A DNA stretch of 45,162 bases, from the NCBI GenBank assembly GCA_046050145.1, contig JBJOQC010000040.1, forward strand, positions 1 to 45,162, given 5' to 3'. Below, piece by piece: positions 1-8,962 of the stretch; within the stretch, counting starts at the first letter, position 1, and every line of letters begins with the position of its first letter. The stretch is from Candidatus Parcubacteria bacterium. Lineage in GTDB: Bacteria > Patescibacteriota > Minisyncoccia > Phycocordibacterales > CAYZPE01. Made by a program: the position numbers and the translations under genes. The notes below the pieces were generated by a model. That model did no database searches. It worked only from the letters and a program-made list of their open reading frames with translations, and was not told the origin of the DNA.

Positions 1-125
1 AGGAAGAGACAATTATCGAGACCGTGTGTTACCACAACCTTACTCCCAACTTCTTTGCGAAATTTCACTGGAAGCGAAATACGTTTCTTGTCGTCAATCG
101 CATGAGTGTATTCGCCGATGAGCAT
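1..125 (-). CDS. mraZ: Transcriptional regulator MraZ, N-terminal part (gene continues beyond the left edge)
   Basis: The reverse complement from ATG at 125-123 reads MLIGEYTHAIDDKKRISLPVKFRKEVGSKVVVTHGLDNCLF. This fits the MraZ N-terminal signature (G.Y.H..D.K.R...P..FR). It is too short to appear in the ORF track. Confidence 0.8.
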   Translation of the reverse strand, partial: MLIGEYTHAIDDKKRISLPVKFRKEVGSKVVVTHGLDNCLF

Positions 126-152
126 AAGGCTTTTTCTCTTAAATTATCATTT

Positions 153-188
153 ACCACTCTTTCCCACTTAGATACCATTATATACCAC
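153..188 (-). promoter_or_regulatory. Four phased GTGG(T/G)-like boxes (candidate MraZ operator) around a TATAAT hexamer
   Basis: Plus-strand ACCAC 153-157, CCCAC 163-167, TACCA 173-177 and ACCAC 184-188 read GTGGT/GTGGG/TGGTA/GTGGT in mraZ sense. Their spacing is 10-11 nt. TATAAT (minus) lies at 177-182. Confidence 0.45.
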
Positions 189-211
189 TAGCTCACACAA
201 TGTGTATATAC

Positions 212-220
212 TTATCCACA
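212..220 (+). promoter_or_regulatory. Perfect DnaA-box consensus TTATCCACA
   Basis: Exact 9-mer TTATCCACA, about 90 nt upstream of the mraZ start. Confidence 0.5.
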
Positions 221-410
221 ACAAAACACGGCTAATCTCAAAGGTTTTTTAGAAGCTCGGAAATCGATATATCGAATGAATTTTTAGTGAAAATAATACT
301 AGTCAGGCAAAACTAAAAACTTTTTTACATTTTGCCTTTTTATCTTTGATTTTCTTATGAAAGATCTATACTACATATAGATTTGAACAAACCTTTTCAG
401 GGAGCAGAAT

Positions 411-626
411 ATGAAATCATATCTTTGGATGTTTATTGCACTATCTGCTGTTGTTTCTGTGTTTTATCTCGGAATTCAACTGGAGAAAATTGCTGAAACA
501 GGAAAAAAAAGTGTGGTGGAACTGCAACAAACCAAGAACATTCTCTGTGAACTTATTCTGTATCCAGAAAAAAATCGACACGTTGTACGAAACGTTGAAG
601 ATTGGGTAAGGAGAGCTCAAAGATAA
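411..626 (+). CDS. Hypothetical small membrane-anchored protein
   Basis: 71-aa ORF. A GGGAG-type SD lies 6-7 nt upstream. The N-terminal segment is hydrophobic (LWMFIALSAVVSVFYLGI). A strong terminator follows. Confidence 0.55.
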   Translation: MKSYLWMFIALSAVVSVFYLGIQLEKIAETGKKSVVELQQTKNILCELILYPEKNRHVVRNVEDWVRRAQR

Positions 627-666
627 AAACACCCCGATTGAGCTTTGCTCAATCGGGGGTGTTTTT
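625..666. terminator. Bidirectional intrinsic terminator
   Basis: 14-bp G+C-rich stem (CACCCCGATTGAGC / GCTCAATCGGGGTG) flanked by an A-run and a T-run. It lies between convergent genes. Confidence 0.8.
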
Positions 667-701
667 CTAAATCCTATATATTAAATTCTATATTCTACTT
701 T

Positions 702-2168
702 CTATTTCTGCCTTAGTGTTGGAAAAAGAATCACCTCTCGAATATTGTGGGTATCCGTAAGAAGCATTACTAAACGATCAATACCAACCCCCACTCCACC
801 CGCAGGAGGCATTCCATACTCAAGCGCCTCAACGAATTCGTCATTCATCACCTGTGCCTCCTTGTCCCCTGCTTCTTTATTTTTTTCCTGACTTGTAAAA
901 CGTTGTGCCTGATCTATAGGATCATTCAATTCTGAAAAAGCTTTTACAATCTCAACCCCACCAACAACAAGCTGAAAAGCATCCACAATGCGAGGATTTT
1001 TCTCGTTCTTTTTTGCAAGAGGAAGATAGTCTATTGGATAATCAACCACAAATGTTGGCTGAATCAGTTTTGGACGACAAATCTTTTTGTACACAGAATC
1101 CATAATTGCATGAGCAGGTTCACCCGGAGCAACTCCGACACCCAACTGCTTTGCCTTGAGCTCCCACTCGGCACGATCTGCCTCTTCAGGATTAGGCACG
1201 AGAGCGTGTCGTTTCAAGAGATCAATATATGAAACAACCTGAATCTTTTTTGAAAAATCAATAACCTCACCCTTGAGCTCAAAACTTGTTTTTCCGTGAA
1301 CCTTCTTAATTACTTTCTTCAAAAGTTTTTCAATAAAAACTCTTTGTTTTGTTGCATCACTCCAACTCTCGTAGTACTCAAGCATCGTAAACTCTGGATT
1401 GTGAGTTACATCAATACCTTCATTTCGAAAATTTCTACCAATTTCATATACCTTAGGAAAACCTCCGATCAAAAGTTGTTTAAGATACAACTCTGGTGCA
1501 ATACGTAAATACAAATCAACATCAAGAGCATTGTGATGTGTCACAAATGGAAGCGCTGATGCACCACCTGCCTGATGTTGAAGCTGAGGTGTTTCAACTT
1601 CGAGGAATCCCCCATCTTCAAGAAAATTTCTTATTTCTTTTATGACAACTGAACGAGTTATAAAACGTTTTCGCACATCCTCATTCATCAATGTATCTAA
1701 ATATCGTCTACGAAAACGCTCTTCAACATCCTGCAAACCATGCCACTTTTCAGGTAATGGACGAAGACTCTTTGAGAGCATGGTCCATGTTTTAACCTGA
1801 ATACTTTTCTCACCTCGTTTTGTTATAAATAAAGAACCTGAGACTCCAACAATGTCTCCAATATCAACTGTTTCAACAAATAGATTAAAAATTGATTCTT
1901 CTACCTCTTCCTTTTTAAAAACTGCTTGAAGTTTTGCTGTACCATCAAATAAATCAAAAAAGACAAGCCCCCCTTGAGGTCTCATTGCCATAATTCTTCC
2001 TGTAAGATTGAGAACTTCTCCTTTTTCTGCCAAAACAGAAAAATCATCTACAATCTTTGAGAGTTCGTAGTCTTGCTTTGATGTTATAGGATAAGGATTG
2101 ATACCTGCATCAATAAGCTTTTGAAGCTTTGCGAGCCGAACATCCCTTAATTCTTCGAGTGAAGCCAT
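702..2168 (-). CDS. lysS: Lysine--tRNA ligase, class II
   Basis: 488 aa. It has an N-terminal OB fold and a class II core: FRNEGIDVTHNPEFTMLEYY (motif 2 region) and GGVGVGIDRLVMLLT (motif 3). Confidence 0.93.
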   Translation of the reverse strand: MASLEELRDVRLAKLQKLIDAGINPYPITSKQDYELSKIVDDFSVLAEKGEVLNLTGRIMAMRPQGGLVFFDLFDGTAKLQAVFKKEEVEESIFNLFVETVDIGDIVGVSGSLFITKRGEKSIQVKTWTMLSKSLRPLPEKWHGLQDVEERFRRRYLDTLMNEDVRKRFITRSVVIKEIRNFLEDGGFLEVETPQLQHQAGGASALPFVTHHNALDVDLYLRIAPELYLKQLLIGGFPKVYEIGRNFRNEGIDVTHNPEFTMLEYYESWSDATKQRVFIEKLLKKVIKKVHGKTSFELKGEVIDFSKKIQVVSYIDLLKRHALVPNPEEADRAEWELKAKQLGVGVAPGEPAHAIMDSVYKKICRPKLIQPTFVVDYPIDYLPLAKKNEKNPRIVDAFQLVVGGVEIVKAFSELNDPIDQAQRFTSQEKNKEAGDKEAQVMNDEFVEALEYGMPPAGGVGVGIDRLVMLLTDTHNIREVILFPTLRQK

Positions 2169-2195
2169 GGGTTTAGTTTACGGGAGGTCGTCAAA

Positions 2196-2663
2196 CTATG
2201 CAATCTTCACAATCTTATATTTCATGACCCCTCCAGGAGTTTTGAAAGAAAAAGAATCTCCTTTCTTTTTTCCAAGCGCTGCTTCACCAAAAGGTGAACG
2301 GATAGAAATCTTTCCAGCTGACATATCAGCTTCTTCTGAGCCCACAAGAGTATATTCTTTACTTTCTTTTGAACCTTCTTTTTGAGCAGTAATTACAGAA
2401 CCCACAGCAACCATATCAGTCTTATGAGAAGAAATAATTACAGCAGTTTTAAGAATCGCCTCGAGACGATTAATTCTGTCTTCGATATTTGCCTGCATAT
2501 CACGAGCCTCATGGTATTCAGCATTTTCAGAGAGGTCACCTAGAGATTTTGCATACTCAAGTTGCTCCGCAACTTCTTTGCGTTTGTTATGTTTCAGATC
2601 TTCAAGTTCAGCAATTATCTGATCGTGTTTTTCTTGAGTTAAAAATTCTTTTTCTTCTGGCAT
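2196..2663 (-). CDS. greA: Transcription elongation factor GreA
   Basis: 155 aa. It has a coiled-coil N-domain with the GDLSENAEYHEARD signature and a C-terminal globular domain. Confidence 0.92.
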   Translation of the reverse strand: MPEEKEFLTQEKHDQIIAELEDLKHNKRKEVAEQLEYAKSLGDLSENAEYHEARDMQANIEDRINRLEAILKTAVIISSHKTDMVAVGSVITAQKEGSKESKEYTLVGSEEADMSAGKISIRSPFGEAALGKKKGDSFSFKTPGGVMKYKIVKIA

Positions 2664-2733
2664 AGTTATTGAAGTTAAAATTCAAATATTAGTTGACTAT
2701 TCTACTTGATTGGAGGGATAAGTCAATCCTGAC

Positions 2734-4434
2734 TTATCGTGTGTATTCAGGTGTATAGACACTCATCCATTCAAGAACCTGCCTCATAACCGAGGTTGCA
2801 CCAATAAGATTGGTACGTGGTCCTTTTTCCATAATCAATGCAAATGCATATCGTGGATTTTCATACGGAAAAAATCCTGTAACCCATGAATTAACAAATT
2901 GTTTACGTGACCCAAGCTCTGCTGTCCCTGTCTTTGCTGCAACCGTGACATAAGGCAAATTGAGGCCTGAGGCAGATCCTTCGAGCACACCCTGTCTCAT
3001 ACCCTCTTTAACCACTGTAAACCATTCTGGATGTTCGGAGATAGGGAGAGTTATCACCTCATTTGATTCATCACCTGTCGGAACAAGAGTCGGTGTCACA
3101 AGATGTCCACCATTTGCAATAGCAGAGACTGCACGAACAGCCTGAACAGGAGTCACCTGAAAACCATACTGCCCAATTGAGGTATTGTACGTGTCACCAA
3201 GTCTCCATTCATCGCCATCAAACACTTTAGCTTTCCATTCTGGGTTAGGTATTGTACCTACCGCTTCTGTACCAATATCAATACCTGTCGTAGATCCAAA
3301 ACCAAACATGCGCATATACTTTTCTATATTTGAAATACCTATACCTTTTTGATCTTCAAAACCACCTCCAACTTCATAAAAATACACATTTGAGGAGACG
3401 GCAAGAGCTCGTCTCATATCTACCAACCCATGAGCCTTCCAGTCAGTAAATACCGAGAAAACTCCAGGGACATAAGGGTTAGGAACTGAAATCGATCCTG
3501 TACTCAAAATCTGCTTCGTAGGACTAATAACACCCTCAGACAAAGCACCGAGCGCCACATATGGCTTCACGATAGATCCTGGCGTGTAGACGCCAGACGT
3601 AAGACGATTCAAAAAAGGATTTTGCTTGTTTGCTAAAAATTCTGAAATTGCTTTTTGATCTTTTCCTTGAGACATTACGTTTGGACTGTATTCTGGATAA
3701 CTCGTCATCGCAAGAATAGTTCCATCAGTAATATCAATAATAATTCCAGCCCCTCCTTCAAAACCTGCACTGTGTGCCAAGTTAGAAATTTCTTCGTGCA
3801 TCCTTTTTTCTACCCGAGTGTCAATAGATAATACGATGTCTTGACCTGCCTGAGGAGGTTCAATAACACTTTCAGAGGTAACTTTTCCAAGAGCATCAGT
3901 CTCAATAATCTTCAAACCATTTGTACCAGCAAGAACATGATCAAAGTTTTTTTCAATACCCTCAATCCCTGTAAATTCAGTACTGTAATAAAAACCTGAA
4001 GAATCTTTTGATGGATACTTCACATAACCAAGGATGTGAGCGAATCCAGGGTCTTCTATATATTTACGAAGAGAAAATTCGCTTGTCTCAGGATTTATAT
4101 CATTCCAGACAAGTGCCGTACCTCGCCTGTCGAAAACTACTCCACGTTCTGCAAATACAAGTGTGTGACGAAGTCGATTATTTTCACTTCGTAAAGCAAA
4201 AGCTTCCCCGTCTTTTATTTGAAGTGCCCACAACTTTCCTGTAAAGACAAAAACGACTACTAAAAAAATAATACCCACAACACCTATAGCAAAAAGTGAA
4301 ATAGGCTTTTCAATACGTCCTTCAAACTGGTCTTTATCAAATTGAGGAAGATTACTTGAATCCAAAAAAACTTCGTCAGGATAAATATCCTCTTGGAGTA
4401 GATTACGATTTCTTTTTCTAAAGAATCCAAACAC
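2734..4434 (-). CDS. mrdA: Penicillin-binding protein 2 (elongasome transpeptidase)
   Basis: 566 aa with an N-terminal TM helix. The transpeptidase motifs are present: SIVK (SxxK), SSN (SxN) and KTGTA (KTG). It lies downstream of mreBCD. Confidence 0.88.
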   Translation of the reverse strand: MFGFFRKRNRNLLQEDIYPDEVFLDSSNLPQFDKDQFEGRIEKPISLFAIGVVGIIFLVVVFVFTGKLWALQIKDGEAFALRSENNRLRHTLVFAERGVVFDRRGTALVWNDINPETSEFSLRKYIEDPGFAHILGYVKYPSKDSSGFYYSTEFTGIEGIEKNFDHVLAGTNGLKIIETDALGKVTSESVIEPPQAGQDIVLSIDTRVEKRMHEEISNLAHSAGFEGGAGIIIDITDGTILAMTSYPEYSPNVMSQGKDQKAISEFLANKQNPFLNRLTSGVYTPGSIVKPYVALGALSEGVISPTKQILSTGSISVPNPYVPGVFSVFTDWKAHGLVDMRRALAVSSNVYFYEVGGGFEDQKGIGISNIEKYMRMFGFGSTTGIDIGTEAVGTIPNPEWKAKVFDGDEWRLGDTYNTSIGQYGFQVTPVQAVRAVSAIANGGHLVTPTLVPTGDESNEVITLPISEHPEWFTVVKEGMRQGVLEGSASGLNLPYVTVAAKTGTAELGSRKQFVNSWVTGFFPYENPRYAFALIMEKGPRTNLIGATSVMRQVLEWMSVYTPEYTR

Positions 4435-4481
4435 ACCTCTATTCTACGGAATAGTAGAGAGAGAGTAAACTATATGTATTT

Positions 4482-4745
4482 TTAAAAATTCCTATACAGA
4501 CGCAATCGAGGTCGAATGATTTGCACGAGAGCAAATGTGACAAAAGAAAGAAAAAGAAAAGAAGAAAAGAAAGTCAAAAGTGTGTAAGAACTTCCATAAA
4601 GACCATCATAAAGGGCTGCCCAGACAATTCCTTCATAAAAAGATTCGTACACAAAAAATCCAAAAAGGACAAAGAAGGTAACAAGCCACCATGGACCGTA
4701 TATACACAAAAAAGCTATCGCGCAGTGTAATAAAAATCGTGTCAT
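4482..4745 (-). CDS. Small polytopic membrane protein in the mreD position (MreD-like)
   Basis: 87 aa and almost entirely hydrophobic. It is wedged between mreC and mrdA. The call rests on position only. Confidence 0.4.
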   Translation of the reverse strand: MTRFLLHCAIAFLCIYGPWWLVTFFVLFGFFVYESFYEGIVWAALYDGLYGSSYTLLTFFSSFLFLSFVTFALVQIIRPRLRLYRNF

Positions 4746-4746
4746 T

Positions 4747-5544
4747 TTATTGCTTCTTCAAAGTAACCCAGCGAATGTTCTGTATATTTACTGGCACTTC
4801 AGCAAGAACATTTTGAAATGCATCTGTAGGGCGTGAATCTATCACTCGTGCCCGAGCAGTAACAAAACCTGTAGCTCCGGCTGTTACAAAAATATCTCCC
4901 TCAACAACAGAAGCCTCTCGAGGAACAACTATTTCGAAATCCCCTCCTCCTCTACCAACAAGATCTACCTGTACACCTGTACGTGAAATAAATGCAACGG
5001 TCTGTCTTTCTGGTGTTGAATAAAGCTCTACTTTTGATTGACTATCATACACATCTACCACAGTACCCAAAGCAACAACACCGTCTGCAAAAACCACATC
5101 CCCCACCCTCACACCTTCAGCCAAACCAATATCGATAATAATATTGTCATATGCAATACGTGGAGGGTGAGCAATAACTCCAGCAAGAATAGATCCTTCA
5201 TCAGCACTTCCCCCAAGAGAAGACTTAAGTTCGGTGTATTCGTCATATAAAGCCTGGTAGGCAATTTCTTTTACAGTGGTCTGGGCAAGCAATTCTTTGA
5301 GAGCTTTATTTTCAAGAATGAGAGCTTCTTTTGAAGAGAAGAAACCTGTATTGAGAGAAGCTTCCGCATCTACCGCATTTCCAAAATTCCAAGCTTCCGA
5401 AAAAAGTTTAAACACAGCACTCGAAAAAAAAGTAGGTATAAAAAAAGAAATAAGCAATAAGACACCCACAAGAGCGCCTGCTTTTGAGATTTTTCTAAAA
5501 AAAACCCCACGGCCATGATTCCTACTTTTCAAGACGTAATTCAT
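4747..5544 (-). CDS. mreC: Rod shape-determining protein MreC
   Basis: N-terminal TM helix, a coiled-coil stretch (KALKELLAQ...) and a beta-rich C-domain. It lies immediately after mreB. I prefer the ATG at 5544 to the TTG at 5556. It overlaps the mreB 3' end. Confidence 0.8.
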   Translation of the reverse strand: MNYVLKSRNHGRGVFFRKISKAGALVGVLLLISFFIPTFFSSAVFKLFSEAWNFGNAVDAEASLNTGFFSSKEALILENKALKELLAQTTVKEIAYQALYDEYTELKSSLGGSADEGSILAGVIAHPPRIAYDNIIIDIGLAEGVRVGDVVFADGVVALGTVVDVYDSQSKVELYSTPERQTVAFISRTGVQVDLVGRGGGDFEIVVPREASVVEGDIFVTAGATGFVTARARVIDSRPTDAFQNVLAEVPVNIQNIRWVTLKKQ

Positions 5545-6595
5545 CTTCGTGAGCAATTAACACATCTTTATATTTTTCCATATCTTCAAGTATGATCCCC
5601 GTACCACGAGCCACAGCACCTAACGGATCTTGCGAAATATATACAGGAATTTTTATAAACTCTTCAAGAAGTGGCGCAAGTCCTTTTATGAGAGCACCTC
5701 CACCTGTGAGATAAATTCCTCTATGCATAATATCAGACAAAATCTCTGGAGGAGTTGTTTCAAGCACTTCACGAGCAGATTCAATAAGAGTATCTATTGA
5801 ATGTGAAATAGCTTCACGAATATCAGCATCTGTAATCACCACTTCTCGAGGAAGTCCCGTGATAAGATCTCGTCCTTTTATTGTTGCTTCAAGAGGCTGT
5901 TCCTCAGGCATGACAGACCCAATAGCAATTTTTATATTTTCTGAAGTTTTTTCTCCAATTAAAATTTTGAACTCATTACGAATATAGGAAATAATGTCAT
6001 TGTTCAGTCTATCTCCAGCAATCTTAATATTTTTTGATCGAACTACTCCACCCAAAGAGATAACCGCAATATCAGTGGTTCCTCCGCCAATATCAATAAT
6101 CATAGAACCAACAGGGTCATGTATCGGAAGTCGTATTCCAATAGCGGCAGCCATTGGTTCCTCTACAATATGCACCTCACGCGCCCCCGCATTACGAGTA
6201 GCATCTCGTACCGCACGAATTTCAACGTTAGTAATTCCTGAAGGAACACCCACCACCACACGTGGTCCCAAAAACTTCTTTGATTCTTTTTGAGCTTTAT
6301 TTAAAAGATATGAAATCATTTCTTCTGTTACTTCGAAATCTGAAATCACACCATCCACAATTGGACGAACAGGAACGATATGCTGAGGTGTACGTCCAAG
6401 CATTGCTTTCGCCTGACTCCCCACCGCAACCACCTGACCTGTCTTTTGATTTACAGCAACAACAGAAGGTTCGTTTATCACGATCCCCTTGCCTCGAACA
6501 TATACAAGCGTATTGGCAGTTCCTAAATCAATTCCGATATCATTTGAGAGCCACGCAAAAAGCTTTTGTTTCCATGTAATAATTTTATCTTTCAT
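5522..6595 (-). CDS. mreB: Rod shape-determining actin homolog MreB
   Basis: 357 aa. The actin-fold phosphate motifs are present: DIGIDLGTANTLVY and IIDIGGGTTDIAVISLGG. Confidence 0.93.
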   Translation of the reverse strand: MKDKIITWKQKLFAWLSNDIGIDLGTANTLVYVRGKGIVINEPSVVAVNQKTGQVVAVGSQAKAMLGRTPQHIVPVRPIVDGVISDFEVTEEMISYLLNKAQKESKKFLGPRVVVGVPSGITNVEIRAVRDATRNAGAREVHIVEEPMAAAIGIRLPIHDPVGSMIIDIGGGTTDIAVISLGGVVRSKNIKIAGDRLNNDIISYIRNEFKILIGEKTSENIKIAIGSVMPEEQPLEATIKGRDLITGLPREVVITDADIREAISHSIDTLIESAREVLETTPPEILSDIMHRGIYLTGGGALIKGLAPLLEEFIKIPVYISQDPLGAVARGTGIILEDMEKYKDVLIAHEDELRLEK

Positions 6596-7856
6596 CTCTC
6601 AAAGTATTTTCTATCCAGACAGACAAACCTTCACTAGAAATCATTTCCACCCCTCCTGTCGCCCGATTCTTTATTTCGAGCTTTGATTCAGCAACTAATT
6701 TATCACTCACAACAATTCGGTATGGCATACCCAATAAATCACTGTCTGCAAACTTTTCTCCTGCACGAAGACCTTCTCGATCGTCATAAAGCACTGACAC
6801 TCCTTTTGAAATAAGATTTTGATATAGAGCCTCTGATTCCTTTACCGCCCCCTCTTTATCAGAAATTCGAACAAGGTGAATAGTATAAGGAGCAATACTT
6901 TCTGGCCATACAATTCCTTTGTCGTCTGAAAGAACCTCAACTACTGTTCCCACAAGACGCCCCGGACCTATTCCGTAACTTCCCATAATTACAGGGGCTT
7001 CCTCTCCTTTTTCATTTACGTATTTCAGTCCAAATGCATCAGAAAAACGAGTTCCGAGACTAAAAATATTTCCTACCTCAACTGACACTTTTTCAACCAA
7101 TGAATCTTTGTCCACCCCAAGATCTGCAATCACTTCATCGGTATATACTTCTTTATTAACTGCAATACCCTTTTTCTCATCAACATAAATAGTGTCTTCT
7201 CCTGCAGAAGTAACTGTCTGAAATTCGTGAGAATATTTTGAAAACGAACCACCCGAAGCAAATGTCATATATGTCCCATCTCCCAAACCGACACGTTTGA
7301 AAATGTTGAGATAAGCCTGCTTCATTTTTTCATAGAAAGCATTGTGTTCAGCCTCATCCTTTGAAAAAGAATAAAGGTCTTTCATCAAAAATTCTCGTCC
7401 ACGCATAAGACCGCTCTTTGCACGAGATTCGTTTCTGAATTTTGTTTGAATTTGATATGGATAGGCAGGCAAGTCTCGGTACGAACGAATGTGATCTTTC
7501 ATAAGCTTCGTGAGAGGTTCTTCATGCGTAAAACCAAGTCCAAGCTCTGTATCGTTTTTGAGTTTTGTTTTAAACCAATTATCTACCACCTCATCACTCC
7601 ATCGATTTGTCTTTTCCCATGTATCTTTTTCTTGAAGTGAAGTTAGAAGCATTTCTTGTCCACCAACTTTATTCATCTCATCACGAATAATGTCATTCAC
7701 TTTATTGAGCACTCGTAGTCCTAATGGCAAATATACATATGCCCCCGCCATTTCTTTATGAATATATCCAGCACGAATCAGAAGTTCGGCATTTTTTGCC
7801 ACTTCATCTTTCGGAGCTTCCTTGCGAGTTTTTGTGAAGAGTTGTGACTGTTTCAT
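6585..7856 (-). CDS. proS: Proline--tRNA ligase, short form without an INS editing domain
   Basis: Class II core (FRNESRAKSGLMRGREFLMKDLYSF) plus a C-terminal anticodon-binding domain. The start is set at MKQSQLF (ATG 7856), giving 423 aa. Confidence 0.88.
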   Translation of the reverse strand: MKQSQLFTKTRKEAPKDEVAKNAELLIRAGYIHKEMAGAYVYLPLGLRVLNKVNDIIRDEMNKVGGQEMLLTSLQEKDTWEKTNRWSDEVVDNWFKTKLKNDTELGLGFTHEEPLTKLMKDHIRSYRDLPAYPYQIQTKFRNESRAKSGLMRGREFLMKDLYSFSKDEAEHNAFYEKMKQAYLNIFKRVGLGDGTYMTFASGGSFSKYSHEFQTVTSAGEDTIYVDEKKGIAVNKEVYTDEVIADLGVDKDSLVEKVSVEVGNIFSLGTRFSDAFGLKYVNEKGEEAPVIMGSYGIGPGRLVGTVVEVLSDDKGIVWPESIAPYTIHLVRISDKEGAVKESEALYQNLISKGVSVLYDDREGLRAGEKFADSDLLGMPYRIVVSDKLVAESKLEIKNRATGGVEMISSEGLSVWIENTLRDER

Positions 7857-7900
7857 GAGCTTAATAGTATAGGAAAAAATACGCTCAAGCAATTACAAAC

Positions 7901-7929
7901 TTGAAATACCCAATCTAAATTGCTAACTT
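7901..7929 (+). promoter_or_regulatory. Sigma70-like promoter TTGAAA-N17-TAACTT with TGC extended -10
   Basis: TTGAAA at 7901-7906 and TGCTAACTT at 7921-7929, upstream of ORF 8024. Confidence 0.4.
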
Positions 7930-8023
7930 TAAATAAGTTCGTACAAACCCTTAACATGAAAGAAGGTGATCTATGGTCCCGTTTGAATTTCGCGAAAGAC
8001 CCTTGTAAAGAGAGCTGCTTGGT

Positions 8024-8362
8024 ATGAGCGTTGAAAATGGAGTCTTGCTAATTCCTCAAGCATTCTTCACACCACTCAAACGAAGCAATGCACATCGCAC
8101 AGCTCTACAGATCTTGTCCTATCTCCTTACCTTTCCATCTCTCGCAATAAAGTGCTTCCAAGAGAGTGGTCAAGAAATCACAGCTCAAGAAGTGAGCGAC
8201 GGAATCCAAGCTCTTCGAGCAGAACTTGAACCTCTTGATCCACTCGAATTCGGACAAGAAGGTTGGCAACCGAGACAACTTCCGGCAATGGGTGCAATGC
8301 TCCCAGACAACATGCAAGGAAAAACCGCTGGAGAAATCACTCGCATGCGGAAAAAAGACTGA
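8024..8362 (+). CDS. Hypothetical protein (ORFan, mildly G+C-enriched)
   Basis: 112-aa ORF with no clear SD. Several overlapping ORFs in other frames make the frame choice uncertain. Confidence 0.35.
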   Translation: MSVENGVLLIPQAFFTPLKRSNAHRTALQILSYLLTFPSLAIKCFQESGQEITAQEVSDGIQALRAELEPLDPLEFGQEGWQPRQLPAMGAMLPDNMQGKTAGEITRMRKKD

Positions 8363-8413
8363 CGGTCGCAACATCTCACATACAATTTCCCGCTCACAAG
8401 GCGGGAGTTTTAT

Positions 8414-8442
8414 TTGACAAAAATATAAAAAAATATCACTAT
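8414..8442 (+). promoter_or_regulatory. Candidate promoter TTGACA-N17-CACTAT
   Basis: Perfect -35 at 8414-8419 and a weak -10 at 8437-8442. It would give a leader of about 110 nt before ATG 8561. Confidence 0.35.
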
Positions 8443-8560
8443 TGTTTTGGTAAATTAATCCCTATTCGTATGGATAGGTGTCGCACTTCTTGTAGAGGTT
8501 CGAAACAAGGTTTCATTTCTACCTTAACCAAAGAAATTGTTCTTACACAAGGAGGGTCGT

Positions 8561-8893
8561 ATGACCACCCGAACAGGATCCATTGACACAGGACCGAACC
8601 TGGACAGACTTCGTCTCGCTCATAGCTTCAAGTTTACCCCTGAAGACTTTGGTCTTGAAATCAAATCTTTACCTCACAACGGCAGAATTCGACTCAGGTT
8701 TGAAATTTACGGGATTCGCGGAAGCGAAGCATGGCTTATTGTGGACAGCATGGGCTGGGAAGATGGATCTGGTGATTCATGGAACATAGAAGGTGTTATT
8801 GTGAAAGCTGAAGGAAAGGAAGTGAACTGGCCCTTCAAAGCCTACTACAACACCAAGAGCCGAAAAGGTCACATCGAGTTCGAAACAAAATAA
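8561..8893 (+). CDS. Hypothetical protein (ORFan)
   Basis: AAGGAGGG SD lies 5 nt before ATG 8561 (MTTRTGS...). 110 aa, followed directly by a strong terminator. Confidence 0.6.
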   Translation: MTTRTGSIDTGPNLDRLRLAHSFKFTPEDFGLEIKSLPHNGRIRLRFEIYGIRGSEAWLIVDSMGWEDGSGDSWNIEGVIVKAEGKEVNWPFKAYYNTKSRKGHIEFETK

Positions 8894-8896
8894 ATC

Positions 8897-8935
8897 AAAA
8901 CCCCGAAGCGCAAGCTTCGGGGTTTTCTTTTTCTC
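8897..8935. terminator. Bidirectional intrinsic terminator
   Basis: AAAACCCCGAAGC / GCTTCGGGGTTTT stem with flanking A and T runs, between convergent genes. Confidence 0.8.
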
Positions 8936-8962
8936 TAAAAGCTATCAGCAAGAAGCTGAAAG

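Noticed and set aside
8105-8586. Four overlapping ORFs (8105-8374 minus, 8185-8397 minus, 8226-8417 plus, 8263-8586 plus).
   Set aside because: They are mutually exclusive with each other and with 8024-8362, and none has an SD. I kept only the longest plus-strand ORF, at low confidence.
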